Positions 51,616-64,000 of a stretch of 64,000 nt of DNA are shown here, piece after piece; position 1 is the first letter of the stretch, and each line of letters opens with the position of its first letter. A program made the position numbers and the translations under genes. Under the pieces are notes generated by a model. That model had not been told where the DNA came from. It did no database searches and saw only the letters and a program-made list of their open reading frames with translations. This DNA is from Marsupella aquatica. Its lineage: Eukaryota; Plantae; Marchantiophyta. Location: the NCBI GenBank assembly GCA_973895155.1, contig OZ316896.1, positions 11,212,795 through 11,276,794 on the forward strand, read 5' to 3'.

Positions 51616-53301
51616 TCAATCAAATGGATCATGGCTACCTGTAAGATCTTCCTCAGTAAACATATCATCTACATCCCGGTCTGTACTTGCACTGGGTGCA
51701 GGAGCATCTATAAGTTTCATCAATCTAGTAATCTCTGCTTCTGACTTCTGGCTACGGACCATTTCAGTTAGGAAGGATGCTTTCATTGTCATGTGTGCCA
51801 TCATAAATTGGTGACTCTGATCTATTCGCATACGTTTTTCAGCATTTGATGCTGAAAGTTTCTCCAATCTGAATTTGTGGATCCTATCCAGACGGTCTTT
51901 TTTTGCAGCAGTTGTTCTGGCCTCTTTCCGGTCATCCAATTCAGCTTTTTTCCACTTCTCTTTGGACCCGATTAATTCCTTCCGGAATTCTGATTTGTCT
52001 CTGCACCTGTCCTGATAAACTGATGCTAGGTTGTTCTTTGATGTTGCGCTACCCTGGTTCTCTAACCTCCTATTTGCACGAGCTCCATGATCATTACCCG
52101 CTGCTACATTTGGATTAGACCTCTGTGGTGCACCAGTGGACTGTGATGGCCTCTATAGTGGGGTTCGACGATGGTTCTGGCCAGCATTTTGTTGGGGAGG
52201 CGGGGCACATTCCTCTGTGCCAACCGAGGGAGTCTGTTGTTGCTGCACAGGAGTTTCCTCTTCGGGATCAATCACGGGAGGTGGTGGCACAACATTCTCA
52301 CTCTCAGCAGGTGGAGATGGTTCGTCATCAACCTCTGCTGGCCCATCTGTGACAAGGAGTGCAAAACAATGGCATCAATCAACCTGCTTTACAAACATAC
52401 GACAGATTTAGAAAAGACTAGCTCTTTATTGTTGATTAATACCTGTGAGTATGTGTGTAGCTTCAGAATCATGGGGCTCAGAATCGTTCCATTCACTGTC
52501 AATGTTGTCCGTTGCATCTTCAGTAGTGTCCTCAACAATGATCAGCCCAGAATTGCGAAATCCCTGGTTGAAACTACTTGGTGTTGCCACGTTCGCACGT
52601 TCTCCATAAATCATGTGCATTCTGTCAAAATGGGGGCACATCTTCTCCAGTTTCCCTTGAATCGTCATACCGGTTTGAAACTCCTCTTCTGTCAATCCTC
52701 CACCGCTAGAGTTCTTCACTTCCAAAGCCTTCCTATACATGTCAACGTATCTCCCAAATCTCTTGCTCAGATTCTGTCCATCCATGATTGGGAAACCATA
52801 CTCTGCTAGGACTGCTGCCATGCTTGTAAATGTGGACTTCTTGGACTGGTATCGGCCACCAATCCTGGTCTTCTTCCCAGCCCCGTGTATGGCGTTGAAA
52901 TTCTCCCTGACCTCAATGTAATCCAGAATTTTTGCGTAATCTTCATGCTTGAGCTTTGTGCCTCGATCAACAGGTACTCTTGAACTAGGGCGACGTCCTG
53001 GCTGGAGATGATTGACTGGAGCTCGTCCAGTCTGCCCTGCTCCTATATTTTGCGTGTTACACATGGAAAACGGAATCGATTGTTGACCCTGTGACATCCC
53101 CATACCTTGCGCAGCAGCACCTACGACAGTTGGGTGTGGAGGAACAAAAGCACTCATCGGAGCTCCTGCATTTGACCTTGGAGTGTTGGAAGGCATGTCG
53201 ATGGGAGAGGAAGAATCACCGGCGTCCGCTTCACAGAAATCTGTGCTACTGCGCTCAACATCTGCTGCGGAAATGAAGTTGTGAATGGTGATGGGCTCCA
53301 T
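51616..53301 (-). pseudogene. Myb/SANT-like DNA-binding partner gene of the transposon (~529 codons) with one in-frame stop
   Basis: Exons 52443-53301 and 51616-52346 joined by a GT-AG intron. Motifs ILDYIEVRENF, KRFGRYVDMYRKA..SSGGGL, LEKMCPHFDRMHMIYGERANV, plus a charged C-terminus. In-frame TAG at 52153-52155, with the frame open on both sides. Confidence 0.8.
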
Positions 53302-54696
53302 ATTGCAGCTGCTTGCTTGAAGTCCTGCGAGCTTCGTAAGTGGAGTTAGCGCAATGCAATGCGGAGAGGAACCCTCGTTGTGAATCCTTTGAATTTCAAA
53401 TTTTGATTACGCGGGCTTAGCCAAGTCTTCTTGGAGGGTAAAGTCTATAGCCCTGCGGGACCCCGTGCGGGACTCCTTAGAGCCTAATTTTGAGCGGCCC
53501 CATTTCTTGTTTTGGTCCGTCAATGGACTCACACAGGAGGTTTCATTTTTAATTCACTGTGCTGCCCGCCGTCCGTGACTTGCTGCCGTCACGCTCAAAA
53601 CGGTCGGTGACCAAATACCGTGGAATCCAACTCGGCCCCAATATTGAGTCCCCCTAATGATCCTAAGAAGCTCGAATCCTAAACAAAGGGATGGGCAGAA
53701 CGTTCTCGTTTACTTTCGGAGAATTTTATTTACAAACGGTTACTCCTTCCAAAGGCAAAAGAGATGTTTTAAGGGTCAGCATTTGCCCTTCTACGTACCC
53801 CGAAAACGGATATCCCGTTCAACAACACCAAAAAAAATGCCGTCTAATTGTTTACAGTCGTCAAGGAAGAAGTCTCTAGTTGCCAGCATTGCTGATGTTG
53901 GGTATCTACTGTACAACGATACCATCGTCGTTGCTTTCGATTGAGTTCGTTCCACACTTCAGCCCCGACTTCAGCTCCAAAACGCATCCGAACGCCACGT
54001 GCAGCCAAAGAAGGGATCATCCGCATTTCCTTTCGAGACAGTGTGGAACAAGGGAAGGGAAGAAAGAAAAGGGAAAATAGGGAGAAAAAAGTAAAAGTGG
54101 CATTGGATTGGACTCTTGGCCCTGAGGCCTCAGCCTAGGCCATTGGGCTGACCGGCTGACCAACATTGACACTTGAGAAGAAACGACATGCCAACCTCAC
54201 TCAATCAGACAACAACATGAGCGTCGTGGACAACAAACGACAGTGGACATGCCCGTCAAGCACGGCAAAGAACAAAACGAGCAGCACTCTAAGACGGGCA
54301 ATGAGGAGTGACTACGACAAGAAGCGACACCACCGGGACCAACATGAAGCATAATAATTGGAGAAGAGGTTCCGCAGACAAGCAACGAGACGCGCCTTCG
54401 AAAAGCAATTCCAGACGTCCACAAACGAGCATCTCATCAGGCACAGAGCCCATGCATGACGGAAACAACGCTTGGTTATACAGTCCTGTTGGGACTAGGT
54501 CACTGGGGACCGGTGGGACTGTGGGAGCAAACAATCAACAAAAGCGATTGAGAGAGCCATAAGAGCCCACCATGGAAACAAAGCAGTGCTAGAAATAGAC
54601 GAAATTCACTGTTGAGGGAGTCATCCGCCATGCAACAAAACCAACAGCGCGGATGCGATAGCTAGAAGCAGACGAATTTACTGTTGAGCATCACGA

Positions 54697-54882
54697 TTTT
54701 CGTCTGATTTAAGGTGGGACACGTCTTTGTTCAGGCGGCTACACACTGACGTATCCACTGTTATTGGGCCTCCTCAGTCCAGTCCTCACCATTTTGGCAT
54801 TTTCGTCTGATTTGAGGTGGGATATGTCTTTGTTCAGGCGACAAGACACAGACGGATCCACTGTTAGTGGGCCTCCTCACCG
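54697..54882. repeat. ~103-bp spaced duplication
   Basis: ttttcgtctgattt.aggtggga.a.gtc.ttgttcaggcg...atccactgtta.tgggcctcctca occurs twice. Confidence 0.8.
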
Positions 54883-55857
54883 TTTGCGTTTGTGAGGCAA
54901 CTGTTGGAGGACATACTTTTGTTTAAGCCGCCAAACAGAGACGAAATCACTGTTGTTGGTTCTCATCAAATAATTTCATTCAGTGTGAGGTCACTGTGGG
55001 TGGACATGTCTCCACAACTTTGTTGGTGGACATATCAGCATATCTCCTCCATATCTTTGCTTTCCTACCCAGGAAAGGAGGAGTATTTTAGACCTCTCTT
55101 TCTTAGTGTCGAGCTCTATTATTGTGATTACGACCCTTACTCTTGCTGGGCTCCACTGCTCATTTTTATTTTACCGATCAAGAGTTTGAGCAAGAGTTTC
55201 TATGCCCCAAGTTTACTGCGATGCAGCAGACACACGGCAGTAACATCAGTGTTTGTGGGTATCATGTCACCAAGAACCATCAGCCTTTAGGGCATTATAC
55301 CTGCCACACTTTTTTGTCTTGAATGAATTTTTCACTTTTTTGTGTTGATATAGCATGCTCATCTGGAACATGCTTTACTTTTTGTCTGGTAGTGATGTAC
55401 TTTTTGTCTGGTGGTAGTGATGTATAAGTGTAGTGATATATAAGTGGATAAAATTAGGGAATAAAACTAAAATACAAATGTGAATAGGGATAAAATAATA
55501 TAAATAAAGCATCATGACCAATGAAAAATACAATTAAATTTTATGTCACAAAGATGCTAAGAGTTGTGCACTTACTTCAATGTGCCTTAATGACATTTAC
55601 TCATTTCAATAAAAACCATAAACATAGTAAAGAAAGCCACGAGGGGAACTTAAGACACAATCTGTTCACTTTATTTAGAATCATTCCTCTCATTCATGAA
55701 AATACTTAAAAGTGGTAGAAAATGAATTCCTTGGTTTCTCTCTAGGAGAAAACAAAATTTCAAAATTACGGGGGCTGCCAAAATAAATTAAAAATCCTAT
55801 AGGACACCAAAATTTAAAGGGGTCCAAAAATGAATTCAAAATCTCTATGATACAAAG

Positions 55858-56361
55858 GATGCCCCTTGTTAAGGTACATTCAAATAAAAATACATGACAC
55901 AAAAATAAGAATAAGACAAAACATGAAAGTTGGTATCACCATATAGCAGCTTCTAAAATGAATGAATTTTTCATTTACTAGCCTGATTGTCCATTCTTTG
56001 AATATTAGACGCTTGCATTTTGATGCCCCTGGTTAAGGTACATTCAAATAAAAATAAAAATACATGACACAAAAATAAGAATAAGACAAAACATGAAAGT
56101 TGGTATCACCATATAGTAGCTTCTAAAATGAATGAATTTTTCATTTACTAGCCTGATTGTCCATTCTTTGAATATTAGACGCTTGCATTTTGATGCCCCT
56201 GGTTAAGGTACATTCAAATAAAAATAAAAATACATGACACAAAAATAAGAATAAGACAAAACATGAAAGTTGGTATCACCATATAGCAGCTTCTAAAATG
56301 AATGAATTTTTCATTTACTAGCCTGATTGTCCATTCTTTGAATATTAGACGCTTGCACTTT
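55858..56361. repeat. Near-perfect tandem triplication, 165-171 bp x3
   Basis: Units start atgcccct(t/g)gttaaggtacattcaaataaaaat near 55859, 56023 and 56194, with few substitutions. Confidence 0.95.
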
Positions 56362-59300
56362 GCGGGTTGCACTTTGCCTGTCCACTGATTTGACAATTAG
56401 CTGCCAGTGGTCATTTCAAAGACTCACCCTGCCCAGTCCATGTTTTTCTCTCAGTCATGGGTCTACTGTAGAGGTTTCACTTAGACTACACCCCTGAAGA
56501 AATAGCTTTCTATTGTGATTATATAGTTAGATAATAAATAATAGATCAGGGTACAAACAGTGGAGTCAACGACAGGACCCTGGAGGAAGTGACACAGTTC
56601 CCCTGCTTTTCATGCTAGCTAACAGTGTATTATTGGGACTTCTTTATTTTAATTTAAGTCATGAGGGTCATAGTGCCTCTTCCCTACCAAAATAAATAAA
56701 AGAACAAAAAACAATAACCAATACAAAACAGACATGTCATGAGAATCTAGTCTCAATCTAGAAAAGAGCAAACCATTAATGCTATTCCTGAGATTAGTTA
56801 ATCGTGAATCCGTTATGGGGCAATGAGATGTTAATATTGGCGCTATTACCATAGTTACTGACTATTCTTATTAGAATCACTTGCAATTACTGTTGATACT
56901 TAGTTAGTGCTAATAAGGCAATTTCTTGTGGTATTCAAATTTTGCAAGCCACATAGTTATTGTGAGTGAAGTTGATGGAAGATAAGACTATTTAAGACTA
57001 ATAGTGTAGATGGAAAACCTTGATCTTGTATTTTTGTATATATATCTTATATATACATTTTTCAATTTTTCTTCAACCATCATTTAGAGTAAAAGTAACT
57101 GTTCTCAATCAATTATTAGTGCATGGGTCACTCTCCTTTGGAACCCCTCTATTAAAATGAACAGTGAGATTTATATATTTATTTGACTTTAATCATTTGC
57201 GCAAAGGTTAAAAGCAAAAGAAAGGAACTCATTTTTTCGTCCCGAAAGAGAAAACATCTGATAAAGCACGCACGACCATCCTAAAAGTGTGCCACACCTA
57301 ATGTGTGAAAAAGAAATAAAGAACGATTTCCCCGTTACTGTACCCACGTTTTTAAAATGCAACATTTTCATTTAATACGAGAACTTTGCAACTCCCCACA
57401 AAGTCCCACGTTTCTTTCCTCTTTTATAAAGCAGAGTTGGCACTTTTTAATACCTTTTCCTAAGTGCAAACAGGAGAGAAATAATTTTGCTAAATGACAA
57501 CTTTATAAATACATACTCTTGATAAGTGTACATGTGCACTTATCAGCAAGCGCAGAATCCCATCAGATTGCACTTATGGCAGGACTTATGGAGTAGGATC
57601 CCAAATTGAGGCAGGGATGTACACTTTGGGTTGCTAGTCACAAGACTGCTCAGGTGGGTGCTCTATTGACAAGTGCATGACCCTACAGGTTTGCACTTAT
57701 CACATAGTGCAAACTCCCATTCAATGCACACTGGATGCTTCTTCCTGGGAGTGTAAGAGCTGTAGTGTGCTGTACTTTTACCAAAGTGCCAACCATGGCT
57801 AAGTAACCAGGTCCATGACGAGGAGCTTGGGCCCATCTGCACCATAAAACCAACAAAAATCCCCGAAAAGTGTTGACAACTATTTGATTGGGCAGTCAGA
57901 ATTTCACTTTGGGAAGTTTATACTTACCAAATGACCAGAATATGTCTTAATGAGGGAGAAAGTTGCTTAGAGGATCCCTGGCAAGAAACCTTCACTTCAT
58001 GAGGCCGCCCTAAGTTTTTCACTAGCTTGGTGAGGGCCCAATGAGCCTGTCACATTGCCAAGGTTCTAGCAATGAGGTTGAATGAAGGTGATCACTACTC
58101 TTTAAGCCTGACAAATTGAGTCACAATCCTCCAGTTGAGGTCATGGGGCAATGCTATGAATGCTAAGTTGTTCCATTCTGCAGCAACAGAATTTCAGGTG
58201 TGGAGCATATCGCAACGCCCTTCTGGCATTTCAGCCCCAGGCAATTCGAATCATAAGTGGTTCAACTGAGAGATGACACTTAACTCACCCTTGATCTGTG
58301 CCTAACTAGCAGTAAACTCACCCTGATTTGGCAATATTACCTACAACTCTATTGGGACCTCACATCTTCTTGGTGTTTTTGCCTGAATGTTCATTTGGGG
58401 TAGAGCTTCGTTGCAGACTAGAGAGATCTAAGAAGCCAAGGGGCTGAGAAGGGCCAAGGTGTTGGGGATAATCCTTATCCTGAGACACCATGCACATGTA
58501 AACACCATACAAAGTAGTCAACACAGCAAGTATGTGGTTCACCTCACAACTGAGATTACGTCCACGGGAAAAGCAAGAGACCTTTACTTCTCTCTTGCTT
58601 CACTCCAACAATGAACTAAAGATCCACCAGGGGCTGACATCAGCCCTGGTTATACACAACATGCATCACTGCTAACCTTAGCTAACATGTTTCATTTGTG
58701 TTGTCTTGTAGTGATATGTAAATGACTATTTACATAGTATTTGATAGGATTGAGTAACAAAAATGCAACATGCCAAATAAAGGTACATGTTCCATAATGA
58801 CCAGGAAAATTACAAGTTAACAAGTCTGGAAAATAGTGCACATAAAGTACAGATTCTCACTTGCTTTGTGACACTCAAATCAATCAAAAATTGTGCAAAT
58901 AATGTACAAAATATACTCCCTTGCCATAGGTAATGACAAAAACAAACCATTAGCTTAGCCAATACAAGTTTGAGGAGCACTTAAAGCAAAGGAGAGGAGT
59001 CCACACCTCAAAGTATGAATTCTCTCTCTCATTCACTAGAATTGGCAGAAATTTCATAAAATCTGTTAAAGGGGGTGATTGCACTATATTGAAAACTCAG
59101 TGTAGTGGGGAATTTGAGCCTTACCATAGGGATTAAATAACACTTAGAGGGGTGCCAAAGTAATCTTAAGTCTAAATCCCCCCCCCCAAAAAAAAAAACA
59201 AAAAAAAAACAGAAAAAAACATAGAAAAAACAAGAAGAAGAAGAAGTGGTGCACCTTGTTTAAACACATTAAAGTAAAAATATATGATAAAAACATTTAG

Positions 59301-62300
59301 TACTACAAAACATTGAAAAGTGGATTGGCCATTATAGCAGTGTCAAAATTTACAAGGGAGACCGTCAACCTAAGAGACAAGCCGGTGGAAACCAAAATTG
59401 ACTCACCAAGGTCCACACACTAAGGCGGACTTAATCAAGGTGCCAAGTGTAGGTCCTCCTTAGTGACAACAAGACACTAGGACCCTGTGGCCCCGCTTCT
59501 GGCAAAGTGATGTTAGCTCCTACTTAAGGGTGACTTCTTCTTCTAAAAATAGACTCCATACCAAAAAATCTATCCAAATGAAGCTCAATTTGGAAATGTT
59601 TGGACCATTCTGAAGTTGTCTAAACTTCAAGACAAAGAAGCACTCCACATCAGCATTTCCTTGGGTCCAGTGCTTGCCATGTAGGACCACTCCTAAATGT
59701 GGCCTTGAGTTTTTGTAAAGCAAGCTGCAGCCATTTCCACTCAATATAAGGTCCATATTGAATCTGGGAGGGAATAAAAAAAGCAATGGCCCCCACGTCT
59801 TGTAAAGCCACCCTAAGGTGGATATGACTTCAGACAACCGATGATTGCATCTACATTATATCCTGTGCGCAAATTGTAGCCTTTCATCTCGATCCCATAT
59901 TGTTATTATTGCTTCTCATTGAGGAAAGATTCATAGGTTTGGACAAATAAATATCTAAGGATTGCCTGCTATTCCCAAGACAACAATTATCAGTTTAGTT
60001 CTATCAAGTACACATCAAAAGTGCTCTATATATGTACAGTGTAAAAGGGAGGAAGAAGCATGCAACGCCTGCTTTAGAATGCCTGAGTTTTGCACGCCTA
60101 GAAAGAGAGGATAAGAAACCAAGATAAGGAAGCGAAAAATCATCAGCTCCCCTTTACATATGATTTCCGATCAGGAAATACAATATGTGGGGCCTCCCAA
60201 TTCCAACATGCTTCATGTGTTTGCGTTTGGGCAAAGGACATATAACCTTTTTGTTCCTAGGAATAAATTGTTCCCGAATCAAATCCTAACCACAACAAAT
60301 TCGTGTGGTCATTGTGTGGGGTTTGTCCTGGTGTATGGGGCACTGCCTCATTTCCAACTTGAACTTGACCAAAAAATGGCACTCTGTGGGGCCTCGTGGT
60401 TACCTCAGGTGGCCAAGGCTGACTCGTGACCAGCAGTTCTCAAGTTCAATCCCTGCCCAGACAATAATGCTACAATTATGCTCATGCATGTAATATTTAT
60501 TCTAGGCCAAATTACTGATTTTGGGTGGGTCAAACATTTTACGTGCCACAGGAGCTTGCGGTTGTTGTAAAAAATGTCTACAAAACACAGAAAAAAAACT
60601 GGGGGTTTTCCTTTGCAATCTACAATAGTTGTGCAACTGCCTCTAGGTAGTTTCCTCTCTTAAAAAATGGTCACTTTGTAAGCCTAGAGAAGGGGATGAG
60701 ATGTCTTTTGGTAGGTAGGGCACATAATTTTACGTGGTAGACAATATGCCTCCTCTGTTGGTTGCCTGCCTTCGTGCATGCCCATAGTGCCCAGGCACCC
60801 TTGCTTGCCCCTCCATGCCTTCACTTGCCTCTCATGCACTTTCTCACTGAGCCCCACATCCTCAATGGCTTTCCCACCCTCACTCGACCATCCTTGCTCA
60901 ACCCACACATACCTCGGTAGTTCTCCCAACCTGGCCAAATCTATGTTTTGAGCTGTAGATTGACCCCCATGATTGATAGACAATATAATAATGAGGGCCA
61001 AAATTTTGCAAAGTTTTGCAAGCATGAGATGCTACAGGTTTTTTTTAGAGGCAGGACCACCCAGGCATAAAGCAAAAACTACAACAGCCACATGAAGTGC
61101 CTTTGGGGCAGGGAGAAGCCCCCCATCCCCACAAAGGTCAAATTCAGATCAGATCAAGGAGCCAGTCCAGATCAAGGAGAAGGAATGGAATTGCAGCTCT
61201 TCAGGCTGATCTGGGTGCAGCTACTGCCTAATGATATTTGGTGAGACTCATTATGATCATCATTCTTGTGTCATTGGGCTTGGGACCTCAAAGTTAGCCC
61301 AGGTTCTCAAACAAAATCAAGCTCATCCACTGTTTGTTGCAGCTCTCTTGATTTTTGGTTAGTCCTGATGACATTCAACATCATTCTGATGTGATCACTG
61401 GGGTTCTTCAGGATAACTCAGCTAGGTAATCAACAAAGGAATTGAGATGACACGTGAGCATTACACTGGTTCCAGTTCACATTGCACAACTTTGTGAGAA
61501 GTACAACTGGTCAAGGACTCTGGTTGTACAGCATCAAAGCCCAGTGGATGGACTTGTAATTTTTTTTTGTCAAGTAATTCAGGCTCTTGGTGTTTTGTGG
61601 GAGCACCTTACTCTCCTGCCACCAGGTTCTCATTTTAATGCAGCTATAGAAGAAGTGTTTTGTGTGTTTCTAAACTAGGTTGTAGCTCTCGCAGATGCCA
61701 GAACTAATACCCCACTTGCTTGCCATGTGATTTTCAAGAATCCATGGTGAAGAAGATTCCAGATGAAGAACCTTCCCTCTAAACTTGGGGGTCTCACTTT
61801 GGCAAAAATAGCACATCAGGCGCAACAAAGCATAGGGTACTTTTATTTGTCTTAAGGAATTAAAGACTTTAGCAAGAACATTATGGTCTTCTAAATCCAA
61901 TTATTTTTTAAAAGTATGAAAATATAGGGTTTGAAGTAATTTTAAGCAAATTCCAAGAACATTCCAAAGTAAGAAGGGTAAAAAATGCATTAAATACTTG
62001 TTTTTTAATTTCAATTTTACAGTGTCCATGCCTTCAAAATGTTGCACACGATTGGGGCTCCATATAGCCAGATTCCGAGCCTTCCAAAACACCCAACCTC
62101 TCCACACTTTGACTCAATTGTTGTCCACCCGGCCCTTATGCTACCTGGCTCCCTGCCCTCCTGTCCTTGCTCCTCCCAAGAGGCCCAGCTCTCCTACCCG
62201 TCCAGCTATTGTAGACTAGATTGCATGGATTATTTCCTACCAGTAACTAAAAAAGACCCGTAACAAGTAAACTAATTTTGGATTTTGTATTTGCTAGAAC

Positions 62301-64000
62301 GGCCAGATATGGCCAAGATTTACTTTTTGAACTCTATATTAATCCCTATGACTGACTGAGGATATGACAACAAGGGCCAGAAGTTTGCAAAAATGCTCTA
62401 TATATACTATCTGAATGTGATTGTACAAAGGTACAATGAGACTGGCAGTGAGCACTACAAGTAGCCTGTGGCACCTGTAGGGGCAACTGTGGTTTAAGAG
62501 AATGTTTAGTTTAGGGTGACGCAAGACATGCAAAACAGGTTGAGATATATACTTGATGGACCCCTAAATTGAAATGTCTTACTTGATAGACCCCATGAGC
62601 TTTTGGGTACACTGATTTGAGGTCTATCCGGGGGCCTATCAATGGTTTGGATCACTCATGGGTCCATCAAATAACACTTTGCATTTTGAGGGTCCATTAA
62701 GTATCTCTCTCAAAACAGGTTGGGAGATAGTGCAGCAACTCACATCAAAATTCCCCCCCTCCATAGGTGTGAAAAAAACTCTGCAATGTATACAAAAGGA
62801 TGACATGTATCATTATCCTAAAATGTGTAGCCTAATAGCTCAGGATTGGGGGGGGGGGGTCAACTACCAAAAACTGTATGAACCACATGAGATCCAGAGT
62901 AAATATTTTTCAATTTAAAGTAGCTGAATTTATAAAAAGGGTAGGAGGTCAAAGAAGGCATTATAAACTCAAAGTAAGCTAATATTCTCTAATATATACC
63001 CTTTTTAATGTAAAACAGGTCATTAATATTGAAAATAGAGAATATTCTCAGTATATTTCTTTTAGGAAATAGGAGTATATACTAGCCTAGGATTGCACGT
63101 GGTATCCAAAAATATACACTAAGTTAACCCCCCTAGCCTAATAATTGAATGGCTTACTTTGTATCCAAATGGTTAGGTGCCTAATTTCACTAAGGACCTC
63201 CAGACCTGGCTTTTGCTCCTTTTAACATATCAGATGAAAAATACTTTTAAGGATGGTTCTCCCTGATAGGTTAAAATAGTGGTCACGGCAAGGGATTGAG
63301 AGAAAGGGGAAAGCAAAGGACAATCATTGGAGAGAAAAGTGGGGGCAAGGGAAGGGATAGTTGGGCTAGGTGCAAGGTGTTAGTATTTACTCTTAGGTCT
63401 AGAGTTGCGACTGTACCATAGTTAAGGCTAACCTTAGTGGTAGACTTGGTTAGGTTAGTCATGTTGTGCACACTCTATAACCAAGCAGTGTTTGCTTGGA
63501 GAGTGGAACTCAGACTCATTGTTACAGAGCTAGTTGAGAGATAGAGAGAGCTTGTGCTGTGGATGCTTGGTATGGCCGGTCAGCCTAGAGTGCAGTAAAG
63601 CTCATGTGTATTCCAGTGAACGTAGCCTCAAGAGGAGGTGAACCACGTATCTCTCTGTGTCGACTCTTGTGCGTTGGATGGTTCATGGACTTGCCGTTGC
63701 GATTGTCGTCTATGCTCAACACAAGGGGGGGTGCTTTTGGGAATGAGGCAATTACTGTAGAAGTAAGTGACTACTGGCTCAATATTTATGTGGGTTGTGG
63801 TAGAAAGTTTCCTTGCTTCAATCTCCAACACGCTCTCTCTATCTCTTCATAGTTTCTGGTAGTAGGCCAGACTATTTTGTTAGCTCCCAAAAGTTTATCT
63901 AACTTTACTTCATTGTCATCTCACTCAATTAGACATTATTGTGTTCAACAGCAGCACCTGGGACTTTAGGCCTTTGCTCATTGTCCTCCCTGTGAGGTGA

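Larger units (their letters stand above)
48103..53655. mobile_element. Full-length PIF/Harbinger-type (PHIS, Pangu-like) DNA transposon with three genes
   Basis: TIRs agggggtctcaatattg (48103-48119) and caatattgagtccccct (53639-53655), 16/17 match. AAT direct repeat on both sides (48100-48102, 53656-53658). Contains a DDE_Tnp_4-type transposase, a convergent Myb/SANT-like gene and an RPA-like ORF. Confidence 0.9.

Noticed and set aside
52171-52809. 212-aa + strand ORF
   Set aside because: Antisense shadow of the Myb-like gene with no recognisable motifs.
59520-62100. Possible decayed transposase remnants (e.g. GNADVECFF, hAT-like)
   Set aside because: A single short motif with no continuous alignment; needs tBLASTn or HMM support.
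63412-63950. Possible solo LTR (TG...CA, TATA-like box)
   Set aside because: Flanks gcgac/gcagc are not a clean TSD, and no PBS, PPT or second LTR is visible.

Overview
Eukaryotic, intron-rich land-plant DNA. An intact DNAAF5/HEATR2 gene implies a lineage with flagellated sperm; a bryophyte is likely but this is inference. Host genes: DNAAF5 (22 exons, +), tRNA-Ser(CGA), a cytosolic cyclophilin, a SAUR-domain gene with a long Ser-rich N-terminus (-), and a 16-exon cytosolic pyruvate kinase (-). Mobile DNA: a non-autonomous Helitron with both termini (222-3680), several MITE-like or foldback inverted repeats, and many local tandem duplications. The most interesting object is a 5.55-kb PIF/Harbinger-type (PHIS) DNA transposon at 48103-53655, bounded by 17-bp TIRs and an AAT target-site duplication. 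Its DDE transposase and Myb/SANT-like partner gene are both disabled, but it also carries a third, intact ORF resembling the zinc-ribbon OB-fold (DBD-C) of RPA70, a putative ssDNA-binding cargo. All calls come from reading the sequence by eye; no searches were run.
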